From an archaeon (GTDB taxonomy: Archaea; Iainarchaeota; Iainarchaeia; Iainarchaeales; JANQMZ01), in assembly GCA_028279805.1 (NCBI GenBank), contig JANQMZ010000007.1:330001-362000 (forward strand): a stretch of 32,000 nt of DNA. The letters are read 5' to 3'. The position numbers and the translations under genes were made by a program. Below, piece after piece: positions 1 through 8,153 of the stretch. Each line of letters begins with the position of its first letter. The stretch's first letter is position 1. The notes beneath the pieces are model-generated. The model made no database searches. It was not told the origin of the DNA and worked only from the letters and a program-made list of their open reading frames with translations.

Positions 1-542
1 AAAAACACCTGCCTTTTGCCTTAGTGGATCTGGCAATAACCGTTGATTTGGGAATGGGATTTGAAGAAAGCATGGAAAAAGTTTCAAAAAAAAATTACGG
101 AATGGCAAGCAAAGAATTTTCAAAAATAGTTAAAAGTGTTAAAGAGAAAGGAGCTACACTTGAACAAGCTTTAAAGGAGATGAGCAGAAGAATTGATTCA
201 CTGAATGCAAGAAGAGTTGCATCACAGCTTGACCAGATTTATTTAATGAGTGACACAAAAGGAGGAGAACAGCTCAGAATTTTTGCAGCAGAATTGATGA
301 ATTCGCAGAAAAACCAGGCCAAAGCTTTTTCAGGAAAAACCGCCTTTTATGCACTATTGTTTGTGGCTTTTTCTGCTTTAGTGCCGGCATTATTTCAGGC
401 TTTCCTAGTGGCAGGCTCTCTTTTACTGGAAATAAATATTAAGCCATTGCAAGCTTTGGCTTTGATTATAGTGGGTTTTCCGGCTGCAAACATTTTAATT
501 TTAGGATTAATATGGAGCAAAACACCGGAGTTTTTGAAATGA
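1..542 (+). CDS. T2SSF-domain (TadB/TadC/FlaJ-like) pilus platform membrane protein, 5'-truncated by the window edge
   Basis: Frame 3 is open from nt 3 to the TGA at 540-542. The GTG at 24 in the track is only the first in-window start. A soluble helical segment (ATLEQALKEMSRRIDS...GGEQLRIFAAEL) is followed by hydrophobic helices (TAFYALLFVAFSALVPALFQAFLVAGSLLL; ALALIIVGFPAANILILGLIW), which is the T2SSF-domain layout. The stop overlaps the next ATG (ATGA). Confidence 0.55.
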   Translation, partial: KHLPFALVDLAITVDLGMGFEESMEKVSKKNYGMASKEFSKIVKSVKEKGATLEQALKEMSRRIDSLNARRVASQLDQIYLMSDTKGGEQLRIFAAELMNSQKNQAKAFSGKTAFYALLFVAFSALVPALFQAFLVAGSLLLEINIKPLQALALIIVGFPAANILILGLIWSKTPEFLK

Positions 543-1432
543 ATTTTGATATGAATGCACTGGACCTGTTTTCAAAAAAACTTGAATCAAACAACAAAAC
601 GCTTGAAGAATTTGCTGAAAAAAATTTATGGCTGTCTGTTTTTCTTGCACTGGTTACAGCCAGTCTTATGAGTTTTACAGGATTTGGATTGTTTGAAATT
701 GTTATGACCGCATTGTTTGCAATTGTTTTTGTTTTTGCGTTAAGCATCGGACTTGAAATTCAAAAATTTGAATCAAAAAAAGCATTAAAAGAAAAACTGG
801 TTGTGGATTTTTTGCTGGACGCATCAATAATGCCAAAAGGAACATCTTTTGAAAAAATTCTGGAAAATTCTTCAAAAGAATACGGGTTGCTGGGAAAAGA
901 ATTTGCAAAAGTTTATGAAATGATAAAAAAAGGGGCAAGCGTTGAAGAATCATTAAAAGAATTTAACAACAGGAATGACAGCAAGGTTTTGGAAAGAGTT
1001 GCAGAATTGTTGCTGATGTTTTATTCCTCAGGAGCAGATATGGCTGAATCTTTTAAAAAAACAGCCGAAGACATTTTAAAAACGCAGAATATTTTAAGCC
1101 AGAAAAATGCTTCAATTGTTGTTCAAAAATACACAGTTTTATTTGCAGGAGGATTAATTGTTCCGCTGGTTTTGGGTTTGCTGTCTTCAATGTCACAGGG
1201 TTTTGATTTTAATGCTTTAAATTTTTTATTTGAAACCAAAACCATTATGGAAAGAGAACAGCTTCTTGAAACACTTTTGCTTGCAAACAAAATATACATA
1301 GCAGAATACGCAATAATTGCAGGAACATTTTTGGGATTGCAGGAAAATTCTGTGGGAAAAGGAATATTGTACGGGCTTGTGCTTATACCCGTTGGATTAA
1401 TTGTATACTTTTTAGCAGGGAGTTTGATATAA
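539..1432 (+). CDS. T2SSF-domain (TadB/TadC-like) pilus platform membrane protein
   Basis: An N-terminal TM hairpin (LWLSVFLALVTASLMSFTGFGLFEIVMTALFAIVFVFALSIGL) is followed by a helical cytoplasmic domain (GASVEESLKEFNNRNDSKVLERVAELLLMFYSSGADMAESFKKTAEDIL). C-terminal TM helices complete a single T2SSF domain. I prefer the ATG at 539 because of the ATGA overlap with the upstream stop and GGAG at 527-530. The ATG at 512 is the longer alternative. Confidence 0.6.
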   Translation: MNFDMNALDLFSKKLESNNKTLEEFAEKNLWLSVFLALVTASLMSFTGFGLFEIVMTALFAIVFVFALSIGLEIQKFESKKALKEKLVVDFLLDASIMPKGTSFEKILENSSKEYGLLGKEFAKVYEMIKKGASVEESLKEFNNRNDSKVLERVAELLLMFYSSGADMAESFKKTAEDILKTQNILSQKNASIVVQKYTVLFAGGLIVPLVLGLLSSMSQGFDFNALNFLFETKTIMEREQLLETLLLANKIYIAEYAIIAGTFLGLQENSVGKGILYGLVLIPVGLIVYFLAGSLI

Positions 1433-1453
1433 AAAATAATTACACAAATTCTT

Positions 1454-1508
1454 GGACACGCCGGCGGACTCCGGCGACACGTCCGCAGGTGCTGTCTAAA
1501 GACAGCAC
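1454..1508 (+). other. GC-rich tandem hairpin element, either a structured RNA or a terminator-like element
   Basis: Hairpin 1 is GGAC-a-CGCCGG [cggact] CCGGCG-acac-GTCC at 1454-1484. Hairpin 2 is a perfect 8-bp stem, GTGCTGTC [taaa] GACAGCAC, at 1489-1508. This is the only strongly GC-rich patch in an AT-rich intergenic region between two + strand genes. A T-rich tract (gattttc) follows. Confidence 0.4.
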
Positions 1509-1569
1509 ATAAATTCAATTGATTTTCAAATAAATTTATTAATTGCTTTTGCGTAAGATATGTGATTTT

Positions 1570-2337
1570 ATGAAAATACAGCAGAATGGATTCGCAATTG
1601 AATTTGTTGAAAAAAAGAAAAAAAACATGCAGAATTATACTTTAATTGAGGGTTTTCCGGGAGCAGGCTTGGTTGGAACAATCAGTTCAAAGTTTCTGGT
1701 TGAAAAAATGGGTTTTGAAAAAATCGGTTTTGTTCATTCAAACGCATTTATTCCCATTATAAGAATTCATAAGGGAAAACCGATTAGGCCTATTCGCATT
1801 TATATTAATGATAAGCTGAAAATTGTTGCACTTGTTTCTGAGCAAATTATTCCCACATTGATTGTTGACAGGCTTGCAAAATCCCTGGTTTCATGGGCTG
1901 AAGAAAAAGGAATCAAAAGAGTCATTTCTTTGGCGGGAATAAAAAATGCTGAAGGCTCAAAAGAAAAAATTTACGGAATAAGCTGTTGTGCAAAAGAAAC
2001 CGATGACTTGTTAAAAAAACACAATGTTGAATTGATTGAAGAGGGAATTACCACAGGAGTTTCTGCAATGATTTTGCTGGAATTACAGGAAAACACAAAA
2101 ATTGACGGTTATTCTTTGCTTGGCAATGTCAGAATAGGGGCGGACTATGAAGCTGCTGCAAATGTTCTGGAAAAACTTGACGAAATTTTGGGACTTGAGC
2201 TTGACACAGAACCTTTAATGAAAGAAGCCAAGGAAACCGAAAAAGCTTTGTTAAAACAATTGGAACAAATAAAACAGACAAACAAAAATGTTGAACAAAT
2301 GCAGGGCAATATTCCAAGAACTCCTATGTACACTTAA
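1570..2337 (+). CDS. PAC2-family (proteasome assembly chaperone-like) protein
   Basis: The N-proximal motif YTLIEGFPGAGLVGTISSKFLVE...IPIIRIHKGKPIRPIRIY matches the PAC2-family signature (xLIEGxPGxGLVG...P.RIY) as I know it. Start is set at ATG 1570 (MKIQQ...), which is preceded by GTGAT at 1562-1566. The track's 1543 start is a TTG. The stop TAA (2335-2337) overlaps the convergent ribK stop within a TTAA. Confidence 0.75.
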   Translation: MKIQQNGFAIEFVEKKKKNMQNYTLIEGFPGAGLVGTISSKFLVEKMGFEKIGFVHSNAFIPIIRIHKGKPIRPIRIYINDKLKIVALVSEQIIPTLIVDRLAKSLVSWAEEKGIKRVISLAGIKNAEGSKEKIYGISCCAKETDDLLKKHNVELIEEGITTGVSAMILLELQENTKIDGYSLLGNVRIGADYEAAANVLEKLDEILGLELDTEPLMKEAKETEKALLKQLEQIKQTNKNVEQMQGNIPRTPMYT

Positions 2338-2987
2338 GCCGTTATTTTTATCCTGCTTCCATTTTTCAGTTTAAATTTTTCACGTAAATAATCCGGAGCA
2401 ATTAATTCCCCTGTATTTGATTTATGGGAAGACCTGTTCGGAATGATTAGAGCAAGGTCATCATAATTTTGAAGCCTGACTTTAAAACATTTTAACCCTC
2501 CGAATGTTCTTTTTTTATCCTTAAAACCTTTAATTTCAATTAAAGGCAATTTTTTTGAAAATTCTTCCAGTTCAAACTGGTTTGTTTTAAAATTTAAAGT
2601 TCCGGGAAAAGGCTTGAAGCCCAGATTTTTTTCAAACTGTTTAATGTACTGGGGCAAAGACATGTAATAATTACCTTCACCCAGACCGGATGAAACTTTT
2701 CCGGTTAAATTTAAAGCATTTGCATTTGAAGATAAAACTTTTTGCAGTTGATTAACATGATTTTTAATCAGGCTTGCCGATTTTTGTGTTAACATTAATT
2801 CTGTTCCGGCAAAACTCGGATTGCGTTCAATAAAACCGGATTCCTGTAATTCCCTTAACTTCCTGCTAATGGTTTGCTGGGAACAGTTAAATTCATGTGA
2901 TAATTCAATTGTGGAAGTTTCACATTTATTGTTTAAACCGCATTTTTGGGCCAAATACAATAATAAGCCAAAATTCTTTTGCCTCAT
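2334..2987 (-). CDS. ribK: CTP-dependent riboflavin kinase fused to an N-terminal winged-HTH domain (RbkR-type architecture)
   Basis: The C-terminal half GKVSSGLGEGNYYMSLPQYIKQFEKNLGFKPFPGTLNFK...IIPNRSSHKSNTGELIAPDYLREKFKLKNGSRIKI matches the archaeal MJ0056-type kinase motifs (SGLGEGxYxxSLPxY, GFxPxPGTLN, IAP..LRE.F.LK.G). The N-terminal ~90 aa (STIELSHEFNCSQQTISRKLRELQESGFIER) is a wHTH domain. Confidence 0.85.
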   Translation of the reverse strand: MRQKNFGLLLYLAQKCGLNNKCETSTIELSHEFNCSQQTISRKLRELQESGFIERNPSFAGTELMLTQKSASLIKNHVNQLQKVLSSNANALNLTGKVSSGLGEGNYYMSLPQYIKQFEKNLGFKPFPGTLNFKTNQFELEEFSKKLPLIEIKGFKDKKRTFGGLKCFKVRLQNYDDLALIIPNRSSHKSNTGELIAPDYLREKFKLKNGSRIKITA

Positions 2988-3028
2988 ACTAAAAAATGAG
3001 TAAATAATACTTAAAAATGTTTAGCTGT

Positions 3029-3205
3029 TCAGGCTACTTCTCTTTGCCCTTTTTGTCTTCTTTGCTTCTCATACTTAGCGTGAACTTCCCTTCCTTTGCT
3101 GGCCTGTCTTTGCAAACCTCTTTCAGGTTCAGTTCTTCTATCATTGGCGCCACCCCAAGTCAAATCTTTCCAAAGCCCCCTAAAAAAGTTTCTAACACGA
3201 CGCAT
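3029..3205 (-). CDS. Candidate small basic protein (58 aa), hypothetical and absent from the ORF track
   Basis: Hand translation gives MRRVRNFFRGLWKDLTWGGANDRRTEPERGLQRQASKGREVHAKYEKQRRQKGQREVA followed by TGA. The ATG lies 5 nt after the giant gene's TAA, with AAGGTAA spanning that stop as a possible SD. The ORF exactly fills the gap up to the ribK promoter. The listed + strand ORF 3017-3331 is S/F/L-rich and looks like its shadow. Confidence 0.3.
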   Translation of the reverse strand: MRRVRNFFRGLWKDLTWGGANDRRTEPERGLQRQASKGREVHAKYEKQRRQKGQREVA

Positions 3206-3210
3206 GAAAA

Positions 3211-6200
3211 TTACCTTAATTCAATTATTCTTTTTCTCACAAGCATTATTGATGAAAGCATTGCGGTAATTGTTATCAAAAGCATTACAATGTTTTCAGG
3301 CAAAGATGGCAGATTAAATGCACCTGACTGACCTCCGATTTGCCCGATGTTTAAAACATTTCCACCGGCTGTAGCTGTCACAGCCCCGTCAGGCCCAGCT
3401 GCAGTAACAGAACCGTTTCGAAATGCTTCAATTAAAGGAATTAACTGGCCGTTTTCAGCATACCATGAATTTGTTTCAGGGTCAAACCAGAAAGCCCCAT
3501 TCCTTCCCTGAGCTGAAGAAATCGTTTCAGGCGGGAAATTGTTATAGGTTATTGTAGGAACACCGTTCGGAGCAGAAAAATCAAGATTGTGTTCAGAACC
3601 GTCTTCACCTGTAATTTTTAAACCGTCAGGTGTCAGCACAGGCGGCAAAATAGGTCCGTCAAATTCTATTTCCCCGGTTTCTTTGTTTATTATTTTGAAT
3701 TTTTCAGTGCAAACCCCGTTTTCCAGATCAGAGTAAAAAACAAATCTTCTTGTAGGCGTATCAAAAATCTGGAAAGGTCCTAAATGTTCAATTGAATCAT
3801 TGAATGCATTGACTTTTGCAGCTGCCAAATCAGAACCCTGTATTGGCAATGCCTCCAGATTGAAAGCATTTTCACTGCATTGATTTTCGGGGTTAATAAC
3901 AGATTCTTCATTTAATCTTAAATCCCGAACATCTTCTGATGAAATTGTTGCTTTTGCATTCCTTTTCAACCATACAATTAACTGGTTTGAATCAGGCTTA
4001 AAAGTAATTGAACCGTTTTCAAACTGCAAAGAATTCATTAAACCTACAGGTGTTTCATCCAGGTCAAGCAAAACGGTTTCACGGTTTCCTTTAACAACAG
4101 CTTTAACCGCAGGACCTCTTACCAGTTGTCTAGGAGTTCCGTCGGCAACAATTAAATCTTCACCCGGCACAACTTTGACTGAGGGATGAGTGTCTGTAAC
4201 AATGCTTAAAGTTGTTCCGAACACCTCTGTCAAATCGTTTGAAGCAAAGCCAATTCCTGTTTGTTCTTCCACGCCAAGCTGTATGCAGTCAAGCAAATCT
4301 GAATCCAATACAAATGTTCTGGAAGATGTGTTCATTTCAAAAATAGGGTTTTCATGCCCGGGCAAAGAAGCCAAAGTGTATTTGTTGGGAATTTCTTTTG
4401 CTGCTGCCGGCAGATTATCAGAAACTAATCTTGATGCAACCTCTTCTTCTACAAGAATTTCACCAATTGAACCGTCTTCATTTAAAACATAAATTTGCCC
4501 TGTTTCAAGGTCAAAAACAATTCTTTCACCATCCGTGCCTGTTACAACTTCCTGCCCTTCCGTCCTGTATTCAGTGGGAGTTGCTTCTCCTTTAAACCAG
4601 AACATGAAAAGTTCCTGTGCTTGGGATAAGCCTTCGGCAAAACCGGTTGTTTTGACTGTGCCCTGAACAACTTTGTCTTTTTGATTTGTATTCAAAAAGT
4701 TTTCAACATCTTTTTTCAAGCCTTCCGCCTGTGAATTGGTGTAAGAATTTTCATCATCTGAAAACCATGAACTGACTTGCCCTGCAAAATCATCAAACTG
4801 TTCTGAAACAGCTTCTGTTGACAATTTTGATGAATCTTTTGCACTGCTTTTTGCAGGAGCAAACACATGAGTGTAATAGCCTCCGTGCACATCAACACAA
4901 TCATTTAATTTCGGAGCAAGCAAAGTCTGCTGTAAAGCTGTTAACAAAATTCCGGACCAGCCGAATGCAACATATCCAAGGCTTTCAGTTAAAGACAAAG
5001 CCAATCCTATTGTTGAAGGGTCTGCATTTTCAGGAAAATAACCATACGTTAATTCTTCCACAGCATCTTTGCATGTTTCCTTGTTGACAAGCCCGTCCCT
5101 TAAATTAATTTCACCCTGCCTTTCAGCATCATCTGAAATTTCACCTTTCAAATCCATATGCCTTGTAAAAGAAATCAAGGTTGAACCTTTTTCTCTTGCT
5201 TTTTCTGTTACAGTATCTTCAACTAAAAACATTTCAACCGGGCTTCCCGAATGAAATGCGGGTGAAATTGTTAACGCGTCAGGTTTTGCGACACTAATCG
5301 TACAATCCGAACAATCTTCTGAAGATGTTAAGTATAAAGCAACATTTTCAACTGTGTCCCTGCCTGTTCGGCCTGTTAAAAAATCGTAAACATTTTTTGT
5401 TGGTTCAAATTGTTCAGAAATATAATCATAAACCATGTCATAAGGCAAATGGTTTAAAATTCTGACAAACATGTCTCCCTGGTCTGAACCGGCTTGAGCA
5501 AAAAAGTCAACAAAAGCATCATTGTAAAGATTGGCATTTCCAACAGAAAAGCTTATTTTTTTCCATGAATCAGGCAATCTGAAAGCTGAAAAATCTTCAC
5601 CCAAAAATGCTCCTTTTTTAACCCACCACATTCCATAAGTGTTAAAAGTCCATTTTGCCCCGCCCCTCAAACTTGCATAATCTTTTAGTATTTCCTGCTG
5701 TTCCGCAATTGCTTTATCCAGAATGCTTGTATAACGCCTGCTCCCAAATCCTTTTTCTGCAACAGACTGAAACAATTCTTCACCGTTCCTTACACCTAAA
5801 AACCCGACATTATATCTCATTTCATCTCTTGTGTAAATATCTGCAAATTCTTCTGGGGATAACTTATGGGATGGTGTAAAATGAGCTTCAAAAATATCAA
5901 CATTTCCAATAACATCTTTTTCAATTTCATCAAGATTGTGGGGGGTGACCAAAATGTTTTCACCTTTTGCCGTTTTAATCATTAACTCTTTGTATTCAGG
6001 TAAACTTTTTCTCAAATCATCAATTGTTGCACCTTCACTTATTGCTTCTCCTTTTGCATTAGGTTCATACAAGATAAGGTTTCTGCCTTCCGAACCATAC
6101 CTTGCTTCAGGGTAAAGCCAGTCAGATGCTTCTCCTTTTGTAAAATACTGATCCAAAGGACTGTCAGATTTTAACATTGATTCCAAATCAATTACATTAT

Positions 6201-8082
6201 TTTCTGAAAGCTCCACTTTTGATTTTAATTTTTCCAAAGCATTGTTTGGAGTTAAATCGGATAATTTTACTTGTTCACCTGAATTTCTCAAATATTTTGA
6301 CAAAATGTTTCCCGATTCATCAACTTCAAGAACTGATTGAAGAGAATAAGTGCTTCCAAAATGCCCGTCCCTTAAAAATTTTTGTTCAATGTTCCACATT
6401 GCTCCAGTTGATTCCGATATTGGCAAAAAACTGTGATGAATTCCTTCCTGCCTGATGAAATAATTTTTCAAGCCATACGGTTCCCCTTTAAAAATCTGTG
6501 AAGCCGGAATATCCATTGCAAACGCATTGTCAAAACCACGCATTGCCTGAATTGCTTCCATTGAATAATTGATTCTTGCCTCTATTTCTTTAGGATGCCC
6601 TCTTGGAAAATCTTTCAAAATCTTTTTGTATTTTTGTTCAGCCAGGTTAAACATTGTTCCCTGTGTTCTTGTTATTCCCCTCAGGTCTTTTGCAAACTGG
6701 TACAATGCTTTTTTTGCTTTCGGGTCCTTTATTTTTGAAATGATTCCGTCGGGAGCATTAAATTCTTCAGTGAACCATTTTCTGAACTCTCCTCCTTTTA
6801 TTAAAACCATTCCGCCGGTGCCATGAGTCGGCTCACGCAATTTTGACAAAATTGGACTTAATTCAGGATACTTGTTTGCTAAATCCACAATTCTTCTCGC
6901 CCTGAAATCTCCCAAAGTAGGAAGCCCTTTTCCAACATCAAAACCAAGATTTTTAAAAACACTTTCAGCCTGTTCTATCGGAATATTAAGTTTTTCTGCC
7001 ATTGTTCTAGCGCTGGTACTGGCATCATTAATGTTATACAGCCTGGTGTTAAGCCTTTGAAGCAATGGCACCTGTTTTAACTGCCAAGGCCACAGCGAAC
7101 TTAATCCTTTTGAAGCTTCACCGGCTCTGCCCAGATACCCAAACAGTTTTCCAGCACCATTTAACAGCATTGGCGCTGTGCTGCTTATAACCATTTCAGC
7201 TGAAAACCATGAATTGTAATATTTGTCAAACAAGGAGTAAACTGATATGGAGCAATCGGATGTGGCACAATTTGTTTCAAAATAAGCATCAAAGTTTTTT
7301 GTTAAAACAGAATTTGAAATCAGGTTCAAAGGCTGTCTTTTAAAAGTTTGAACTGTAACCTGTTCAAGGTCTTCGTCTGCAAGCCTTTGTTCAACCTGTT
7401 CAAAATGTTCATCGTTTAAATTTGTTTGCTGCTGGAATTCTGTTGTAAGTTGTTGATATTCTTCCTCTGTTAAATCTCCCAAAGCATTTTCTCTTAAAGC
7501 GGGAACAAATTTTGACAATTCTTCTTTGATTGGTTTTGTATCAGCAATTATTCCGACTCCGGAATTTCTTAATTTTAATCTTTTTCCGGTAACCGGGCAG
7601 TTTTCTTCATCAATTTCATTGCATCTGCCCACACGCAGCGTATCAGTTAAAACAATTCCGTAAGCAAAAGGTCCGTCTATAAATTTGTCAGTTAAATGTG
7701 TTATTTCATTTACTTTTATTTTTTCATCCGGAACCGAAATGCTTACCGCTGAATCATCATCCAACGGAACAATAATGTCAGAGTTTTCAATTGAATCACG
7801 TTCTTCATTTGGTTCTGTTCCGGCGCCAATTTCTTCACCGGTAAAACCTGTTTCAAGCAAATCCAAAATGTTTTGGGCGTCCTGTTCTGATAAAGAATTT
7901 GTCTGGCATGCAAACCTTGCACTTATAACAGCCGGATTTGGATTATCATCTGCTAAAAAAATTTTTTCAGGAACCTGTTGCGGAAAACTTTGAGCATGGG
8001 TAAAAGCAAAAGCAAAGCTTGAGTTTAATAATAAAAATAAAACAAGCAAAACTGAAAATTTTTGGGCAAAATTTTTATTCAT
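3211..8082 (-). CDS. Giant secreted surface protein (1623 aa) with N-terminal signal peptide and C-terminal sortase-type anchor signal; no recognisable family
   Basis: The long ORF starts, in my call, at ATG 8082 (MNKNFAQKFSVLLVLFLLLNSSFAFAFTHAQS, a classic signal peptide, with AAGGT 8 nt upstream). The track's start at 8283 would overlap the upstream gene. The C-terminus is ...LPSLPEN-IVMLLITITAMLSSIMLV-RKRIIELR. An internal repeated Cys motif occurs as NCATSDCSISV and SSEDCSDCTISV. Confidence 0.85.
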   Translation of the reverse strand: MNKNFAQKFSVLLVLFLLLNSSFAFAFTHAQSFPQQVPEKIFLADDNPNPAVISARFACQTNSLSEQDAQNILDLLETGFTGEEIGAGTEPNEERDSIENSDIIVPLDDDSAVSISVPDEKIKVNEITHLTDKFIDGPFAYGIVLTDTLRVGRCNEIDEENCPVTGKRLKLRNSGVGIIADTKPIKEELSKFVPALRENALGDLTEEEYQQLTTEFQQQTNLNDEHFEQVEQRLADEDLEQVTVQTFKRQPLNLISNSVLTKNFDAYFETNCATSDCSISVYSLFDKYYNSWFSAEMVISSTAPMLLNGAGKLFGYLGRAGEASKGLSSLWPWQLKQVPLLQRLNTRLYNINDASTSARTMAEKLNIPIEQAESVFKNLGFDVGKGLPTLGDFRARRIVDLANKYPELSPILSKLREPTHGTGGMVLIKGGEFRKWFTEEFNAPDGIISKIKDPKAKKALYQFAKDLRGITRTQGTMFNLAEQKYKKILKDFPRGHPKEIEARINYSMEAIQAMRGFDNAFAMDIPASQIFKGEPYGLKNYFIRQEGIHHSFLPISESTGAMWNIEQKFLRDGHFGSTYSLQSVLEVDESGNILSKYLRNSGEQVKLSDLTPNNALEKLKSKVELSENNVIDLESMLKSDSPLDQYFTKGEASDWLYPEARYGSEGRNLILYEPNAKGEAISEGATIDDLRKSLPEYKELMIKTAKGENILVTPHNLDEIEKDVIGNVDIFEAHFTPSHKLSPEEFADIYTRDEMRYNVGFLGVRNGEELFQSVAEKGFGSRRYTSILDKAIAEQQEILKDYASLRGGAKWTFNTYGMWWVKKGAFLGEDFSAFRLPDSWKKISFSVGNANLYNDAFVDFFAQAGSDQGDMFVRILNHLPYDMVYDYISEQFEPTKNVYDFLTGRTGRDTVENVALYLTSSEDCSDCTISVAKPDALTISPAFHSGSPVEMFLVEDTVTEKAREKGSTLISFTRHMDLKGEISDDAERQGEINLRDGLVNKETCKDAVEELTYGYFPENADPSTIGLALSLTESLGYVAFGWSGILLTALQQTLLAPKLNDCVDVHGGYYTHVFAPAKSSAKDSSKLSTEAVSEQFDDFAGQVSSWFSDDENSYTNSQAEGLKKDVENFLNTNQKDKVVQGTVKTTGFAEGLSQAQELFMFWFKGEATPTEYRTEGQEVVTGTDGERIVFDLETGQIYVLNEDGSIGEILVEEEVASRLVSDNLPAAAKEIPNKYTLASLPGHENPIFEMNTSSRTFVLDSDLLDCIQLGVEEQTGIGFASNDLTEVFGTTLSIVTDTHPSVKVVPGEDLIVADGTPRQLVRGPAVKAVVKGNRETVLLDLDETPVGLMNSLQFENGSITFKPDSNQLIVWLKRNAKATISSEDVRDLRLNEESVINPENQCSENAFNLEALPIQGSDLAAAKVNAFNDSIEHLGPFQIFDTPTRRFVFYSDLENGVCTEKFKIINKETGEIEFDGPILPPVLTPDGLKITGEDGSEHNLDFSAPNGVPTITYNNFPPETISSAQGRNGAFWFDPETNSWYAENGQLIPLIEAFRNGSVTAAGPDGAVTATAGGNVLNIGQIGGQSGAFNLPSLPENIVMLLITITAMLSSIMLVRKRIIELR

Positions 8083-8153
8083 AAAAAAACCTTTTATTTT
8101 TGCTTTTTCTCCTATTCTAATAATATTCTCCTTTGTTTTTATTGTTAATGGGA

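Noticed and set aside
1454-1508. tRNA or tRNA fragment (possible integration att site) at the GC-rich island
   Set aside because: It has no cloverleaf, no GTTCRANYC-type T-loop and no acceptor/CCA context on either strand. No integrase is present nearby.
1123-1518. Listed 131-aa minus-strand ORF running through the GC-rich hairpins into the T2SSF gene
   Set aside because: Most of it is antisense to a well-supported gene. The N-terminal R/C/P-rich part is just the translation of the GC-rich hairpin element.
2988-3028. AGTAaataaTACT inverted repeat upstream of ribK as an RbkR operator
   Set aside because: The arms are only 4 bp in very AT-rich sequence, which is not distinguishable from chance.
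3017-3331. Listed 104-aa + strand ORF spanning the gap and the 3' end of the giant gene
   Set aside because: It has S/F/L-rich low-complexity composition and overlaps the giant gene's C-terminal coding region. It looks like the antisense shadow of the K/R/E-rich minus-strand coding sequence.
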